Assembly: GCA_965204375.1 (NCBI GenBank)
Contig: OZ241986.1
Location: 4,352,001-4,416,000 of the forward strand
Reading direction: 5' to 3'
Source: Candidatus Latescibacterota bacterium
Lineage (GTDB): Bacteria; Latescibacterota; UBA2968
Length of the DNA stretch: 64,000 bases
Shown: piece by piece, positions 59,559 to 64,000 of the stretch
Position numbering within the stretch: the stretch's first letter is position 1
Layout of the letters: each line of letters starts with the position of its first letter
Made by a program: the position numbers and the translations under genes
Notes under the pieces: generated by a model
What the model was told of the DNA's origin: nothing
Seen by the model: the letters and a program-made list of their open reading frames with translations, nothing else
The model's database searches: none

Positions 59559-60063
59559 TTTTCTCCCTGAGTGACTTAATCAAATAAACGCGCGTCTCTC
59601 GCCAGTTACTCTGCCCGCCATTGGCATCAATATAAACACCCCGTGCCAAATACGGTTCCCATCCCGCATCTCTGTACCCGCGGCGTGCGTACAAATTCAG
59701 CGCAGGATGATTCTTCACGTAAACACACAGACCAATATTCTCATAGCCCCGCTGAAAAGTAATCCGCTCACACACATCTAACAACCGCGAAGCAATACCC
59801 CTCCGCCGATAATCTGGATGCACAAAAAGCGACGACACCTCGGGCCAGGGTCGCACCTGAGGCGGCACGCCAGCAGCATCGCCACCTTCCCAATTGAGCA
59901 ACACCTGAGCCACCGGCCAATTGCCCCGCCATGCCACGAAAAAAATGAGCCTGCCGGATTCCTGTAGCATAAACCGCCGCCGCTGCGTTTCTTTACGGGA
60001 AAACGGCAAATACTGAAGCCGAAACACCTCAGACGATTTAAGAGACCGAATATCAATTTTCAT
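59530..60063 (-). CDS. GNAT acetyltransferase
   Basis: LFVHPDYRRRGIA, NHPALNLYARRGY. Confidence 0.85.
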   Translation of the reverse strand: MKIDIRSLKSSEVFRLQYLPFSRKETQRRRFMLQESGRLIFFVAWRGNWPVAQVLLNWEGGDAAGVPPQVRPWPEVSSLFVHPDYRRRGIASRLLDVCERITFQRGYENIGLCVYVKNHPALNLYARRGYRDAGWEPYLARGVYIDANGGQSNWRETRVYLIKSLREKNESRSFCSV

Positions 60064-60171
60064 AAAAGTAAATTATACCGAACACCGCCCCAATCCGCAA
60101 GACACCGCGACGTACTATTTTCATCTGCTCAGTCTAAGTCATATATGCCAACCCATAACCGGAGCATTGTC

Positions 60172-60735
60172 ATGAACCACCTCATCTTAATCAAACACGC
60201 TCTGCCTCAAATTGACGAAACAAAATCCGCCCCAGACTGGCACCTATCGGACAGCGGACGCGCAAGTTGCACCTCGCTCGCCGAGGCATTGCGCCCTTAC
60301 AAACCAGACCTCATCATCACAAGCGCAGAACCCAAAGCCCACGAAACGGGTCAACTCGTCGCCGACGCCCTTCAAATCCCCTACTCATCAGCACCCAACC
60401 TTCACGAACACGACCGCAAAGGCGTCCCCTTTATCCCCCAGGAAACCTGGCACACCACCGTAAAAACCTTCTTCGCACGCCCCAACGACCTGATCTTTGG
60501 CAATGAAACCGCTAATCAGGCCCGCCTGCGATTCACCCGAGCCATTGAAAAAGCAGTAAAAACACATCCTCACAAAACCATAGCCATCGCCACCCACGGC
60601 ACAGTCATCTCTTTATTCACCACACAAAAAACCCGGACAAATGGCTTCGACCTTTGGCAACAACTGAAACTGCCATCTTATGTGGTACTCGACCTGCCGG
60701 ATTATAAATTGAACACCATTGTAACGGAAATATGA
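60172..60735 (+). CDS. histidine phosphatase (PGM) family protein
   Basis: LIKHA, SAEPKAHET, ATHG. Confidence 0.85.
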   Translation: MNHLILIKHALPQIDETKSAPDWHLSDSGRASCTSLAEALRPYKPDLIITSAEPKAHETGQLVADALQIPYSSAPNLHEHDRKGVPFIPQETWHTTVKTFFARPNDLIFGNETANQARLRFTRAIEKAVKTHPHKTIAIATHGTVISLFTTQKTRTNGFDLWQQLKLPSYVVLDLPDYKLNTIVTEI

Positions 60736-60767
60736 GGGTCAAAATCTGACCGTCAGAGAGTCTCAAA

Positions 60768-60837
60768 AATTAAAGCCGCTTCTCAAACTGGGAAGCGGCT
60801 TTTTATTTAAAACTCATGCCGAATATGCAGGACATTG
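60768..60837 (+). repeat. ~70-bp direct repeat copy 1 (contains a bidirectional terminator)
   Basis: AATTAAAGCCGCTTC...GAAGCGGCTTTTT...AAAACTCATGC.GAATATGCAG.ACATTG. Confidence 0.85.
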
Positions 60838-60985
60838 ACCTACTTTTTGTCTGCGACTATCAATAGTATCCGGGCTGCACTCGATGGACAGCGGCGGCCC
60901 TACTCCCTATACCGCGACGTACAATTTTCACTGGCGCAGTCTAACATGAATAATCTCGACAACAACCGTCCGGGAGATATCTGCA

Positions 60986-61819
60986 ATGAGGGAAGAAATC
61001 CGTTTCAGTCCAGAAGATCAACAATTCATTGATTGCGCCATAGATTTTTGCCAACACATGGGTGAACGTGCTGTCCTCATGTTGATTGGAAGTCGCGCCG
61101 CTAACTTTGCCGATGAATGGTCAGATCTCGACCTTTGTATTATCGGCGATAAGCGGCGCCTTGCCGCTGAAGACCGGAGGACTTATGAACAAAGCTGGCA
61201 ACTCTTCGTCGATCGAGGCGATTACGAAGCCCACTGGTCGTTTTACGATGAAGATGACTTGCGGGCGTGGTTGGAGACCTACCCGGACGAAATGATGTGG
61301 GTTATTGCCACTTCGCGGACGCTCTACGGTTCTTCACGTACCGCTAAAGAACTGAAGCACCGCTATTCCCTGTATCCGCCAGCAGTCGCGGAGAGCAAGT
61401 TGAAGTGGCTATTCGGCAAGTATCATTACTCGCAACGCGGACCACTGGCTATGGCAGCTCGAAATAAGGTGGAAACGGCGTTTGTTGCGGTTGGCAACGT
61501 CATAGAGTACCTCTGCAAAATGTGCTGCGTTGCTCACAGACAGCCGTTTCCCTACGATAAATGGCTGGTTGAAGCGGCCAAACAGACACAACTGGGCGCA
61601 ATGGTATATCCATCGATTCAACGGGCAGTAGGTGGCATTGGAGACTTTCTCAACCAGCCAGCCGACCGTCGCTGGCGTGACTGGGTGCCCGTGAAAGAAT
61701 TGCGGGCGACATTGCCGATTGTTCAAAGCGGACTAAAGGAACTGGGCTGGATTGGCGATTGGATTGACAATCCGGAGGCAACTTACTTTGAGGAGACAGT
61801 ACGACGACCTGCGCCCTGA
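60986..61819 (+). CDS. nucleotidyltransferase-superfamily protein (DUF4037-like)
   Basis: IGSRAANFADEWSDLDL; PFPYDKW. Confidence 0.75.
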   Translation: MREEIRFSPEDQQFIDCAIDFCQHMGERAVLMLIGSRAANFADEWSDLDLCIIGDKRRLAAEDRRTYEQSWQLFVDRGDYEAHWSFYDEDDLRAWLETYPDEMMWVIATSRTLYGSSRTAKELKHRYSLYPPAVAESKLKWLFGKYHYSQRGPLAMAARNKVETAFVAVGNVIEYLCKMCCVAHRQPFPYDKWLVEAAKQTQLGAMVYPSIQRAVGGIGDFLNQPADRRWRDWVPVKELRATLPIVQSGLKELGWIGDWIDNPEATYFEETVRRPAP

Positions 61820-61837
61820 ACTAAAATGTAATAGATG

Positions 61838-61910
61838 AATTAAAGCCGCTTCTTCCAAACCGGGAAGCGGCTTTTTTAATTAAAACTCATGCTGAATATG
61901 CAGAACATTG
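61838..61910 (+). repeat. ~70-bp direct repeat copy 2
   Basis: Near-identical to 60768-60837. Confidence 0.85.
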
Positions 61911-61977
61911 TACCCTATCTTGGAAAACAATGAACAGGTCAATTGGGGATCAACTCAATATGGTCAGTTGCTCGTGG

Positions 61978-62259
61978 TTATGTACTCTTTTTTTCGGGCT
62001 GAGAGGCCAAAAAACCTAACGGATGAACAGCCATATCCAGTTTACTGTCGGCTGTCCTGAGTAAACGATAAATTTGGAGATACGTGGTTGTAAGATTTGT
62101 ATTATCTGATTGCACAATATCGTTGTAACACGCCTCAAATTCTTTACCAATATCAATGAGTTTCGCACGCAGGCTAACTATTTCGTGCAACGTCTTTTCA
62201 AATGTTGCTTTCGCTTCGGAAGTAATCAGGCTACTCTCCTTTGAAAGGATAAAGGGCAC
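61978..62259 (-). CDS. hypothetical helical protein
   Basis: 93-aa ORF, low GC, no motif recognised. Confidence 0.45.
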   Translation of the reverse strand: MPFILSKESSLITSEAKATFEKTLHEIVSLRAKLIDIGKEFEACYNDIVQSDNTNLTTTYLQIYRLLRTADSKLDMAVHPLGFLASQPEKKST

Positions 62260-62405
62260 GAGTAATCTCTAAACGTATAAAAGCATAATAAACGATTTTA
62301 CTCTGTTCAAGCAAAAAACGATTTGTTTGCCAGTCATTGTTGTCTTATTTTACCGTTCAGGTACGTCATTAGACTATATAAGATTATTTCAAGGAGAACA
62401 ACCAA

Positions 62406-63095
62406 ATGGCAGCCACATTGTCGCCAACACACCGAGCAATCTCACCTTTTGACAATTATTTTTCTGAGAGTTATAAGAGATTAAAGGATAGTAAAAACGT
62501 CAGGTCTGACCTCACACCTGCTGAGACGTTCATACCGACACTGGAAGTGCCTCAGTTCAAAGAACACAAGACGACCCAAGTTGCTGCGATACTCGCAACT
62601 TATTGTGGCGGTAAAATTGATGTACATAAACTGGTCAAGTTAATTTATCTCATTGATAGAGAGTCTTTGAAACGCCGGGGAAGCCCAATAACTTATGACC
62701 GTCCATATAACATGCCGTTAGGTCCAACACCAGGTAACACATATCGTCTCATTAACAATCCGTGGACAGGGGAATATTGGTCTCAATTTTTTTCTCCTCC
62801 TGAATCCCCACATGTCATTAAGTTACTTAGAGATGATACAGGTGAAGGCAAACTATCTCGATTTGAAGTTGATTTGATACGCGAAGTATTTGAAAAATTT
62901 GGAAAAAAATCATTTGATGAATTACAGAGATTTATGCATTCTTTACCAGAATTTGATGACCCTGGCAGATCGTCTTCTCCAATAGATTGGGATACCTTAC
63001 TCAAAGCTGTGGGATGGTGTGGTGATAATTTAATAGCGATTAAACAAAAACTCAGTGGGAGGGCAATGTTTGAACGCAGGATTGCACATAGCTGA
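62406..63095 (+). CDS. Panacea (DUF4065/SocA-like) antitoxin-domain protein
   Basis: KLVKLIYLIDRESL...PITYD...MPLGP...LQRFMH..PE; AAGGAG RBS. Confidence 0.85.
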   Translation: MAATLSPTHRAISPFDNYFSESYKRLKDSKNVRSDLTPAETFIPTLEVPQFKEHKTTQVAAILATYCGGKIDVHKLVKLIYLIDRESLKRRGSPITYDRPYNMPLGPTPGNTYRLINNPWTGEYWSQFFSPPESPHVIKLLRDDTGEGKLSRFEVDLIREVFEKFGKKSFDELQRFMHSLPEFDDPGRSSSPIDWDTLLKAVGWCGDNLIAIKQKLSGRAMFERRIAHS

Positions 63096-63164
63096 GATTA
63101 TTTTTTTAAAAATGCCCAGGAATCTGTCAGGTATTGAGATTCGGGCTATTGTATATAGTCTCGC

Positions 63165-63204
63165 AAAAAGGGGATGCAAACAATCTTGCATCCCTTTTCT
63201 TTTT
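63165..63204. terminator. bidirectional terminator
   Basis: AAAAAGGGGATGCAA...TTGCATCCCTTTT. Confidence 0.6.
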
Positions 63205-63330
63205 TGGAGTTACCCCGTTTTATGTGAGCCTTAAAGATGCGATTTCAAGACCGTGCAAGACCTTGATAAAACAAATCCTGCCATCTATCTCACACATCAA
63301 GGCCATATTGGACTTGATTATGCACACCCC

Positions 63331-64000
63331 TCATTTAAATTGTTCAAAATAGTGGTCCATTTCAGATCTCAATTCTATACCCGCTATCTCAAAGGCATCC
63401 AATAATGCATCATAGCTGCCTTCCCCACCGATAAAATCCCAGAGTTCTTCTGCAATCAAAATTTCATCTTGTAGATCAAGCATTCCTCTTATCGTCCATC
63501 GATTATAAGGCTCTGGTTCGTATGGATTATACGGAATTCCTACCATTGTGTTTACAACAGCATCTGGATTTCGTGCGAGTTCGGCAGCCACCCACTCTAA
63601 AAGTGTTCGTTTATATTCCTTAAAAGAACCAATGTTGGGCTTTACTGTCTTCATATCGATGAGAAATAATTCACCATCATAATTTTCGAGCCAAATATCT
63701 ACCTTAGTCAATTTTACTTCGTTTATGCTGCCCACTCGGCAGACTTTTCTAATTTTTTCGATTTCAACAGATTTATTGGGATCTTCGTTCGCTGTAGTGA
63801 GATCAGTCATGATGGTTTGAATTTGCCTCTGGGCTTCACTACTGATTCTATCAAATGTCCTGACTTGTGTTTTTGCTACCTTAAATTTTTCTTTTGCCAA
63901 GGCAATGGCGACGGGTTCATAAATTGATGTACCAAAAGTTGTATTCAAAGATTGAATAAAAGAAAATAAAGCCATCCTATCTCTGCCGAGCAAGCGATAG
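63331..64000 (-). CDS. TdeIII-like type II restriction endonuclease, 5' end outside the window
   Basis: SLNTTFGTSIYE, DMKTVKPN, IPYNPY, EELWDFIGG. Confidence 0.8.
   Translation of the reverse strand, partial: YRLLGRDRMALFSFIQSLNTTFGTSIYEPVAIALAKEKFKVAKTQVRTFDRISSEAQRQIQTIMTDLTTANEDPNKSVEIEKIRKVCRVGSINEVKLTKVDIWLENYDGELFLIDMKTVKPNIGSFKEYKRTLLEWVAAELARNPDAVVNTMVGIPYNPYEPEPYNRWTIRGMLDLQDEILIAEELWDFIGGEGSYDALLDAFEIAGIELRSEMDHYFEQFK

Noticed and set aside
60938-60946. attC inverse core GTCTAAC before the nucleotidyltransferase gene
   Set aside because: Isolated 7-mer with no matching arm; expected by chance.
63134-63352. 72-aa ORF as the Panacea toxin
   Set aside because: No RBS, spans a terminator, and overlaps the REase end.

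Overview
Bacterial chromosomal window. It most resembles an FCB-superphylum lineage (Ca. Latescibacterota/Gemmatimonadota-like, possibly host-associated); this is inferred from a cohesin/dockerin-tailed WD40 protein, LRR proteins and a TonB receptor-PorV-GWxTD cluster, not proven. 1-25.6 kb is accessory: a secreted metzincin-WD40 protein, a toxin-antitoxin patch, PL6 lyase, esterase, spermidine-synthase/TPR fusion, GGT, a QueA-tailed SDR behind a riboswitch-like leader, an orphan McrB-like ATPase, a 5'-truncated TnpB, and three tandem small membrane-protein paralogs before ahpD. 25.7-38.6 kb is an outer-membrane receptor/secretion-like operon. 50-60 kb is core (purA, serA, engB, clpX, clpP, tig, pdxJ, pdxH). 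The most striking element is an intact 3,395-bp IS1595-family transposon (46607-50001; 23-bp TIRs, 8-bp TSD CCCAAAAT) carrying uncharacterised passenger ORFs plus convergent promoters, terminators and mutually complementary RNA segments that suggest antisense-RNA control. No rRNA, tRNA or CRISPR array was recognised. All protein calls are by eye from motifs; no database searches were run.
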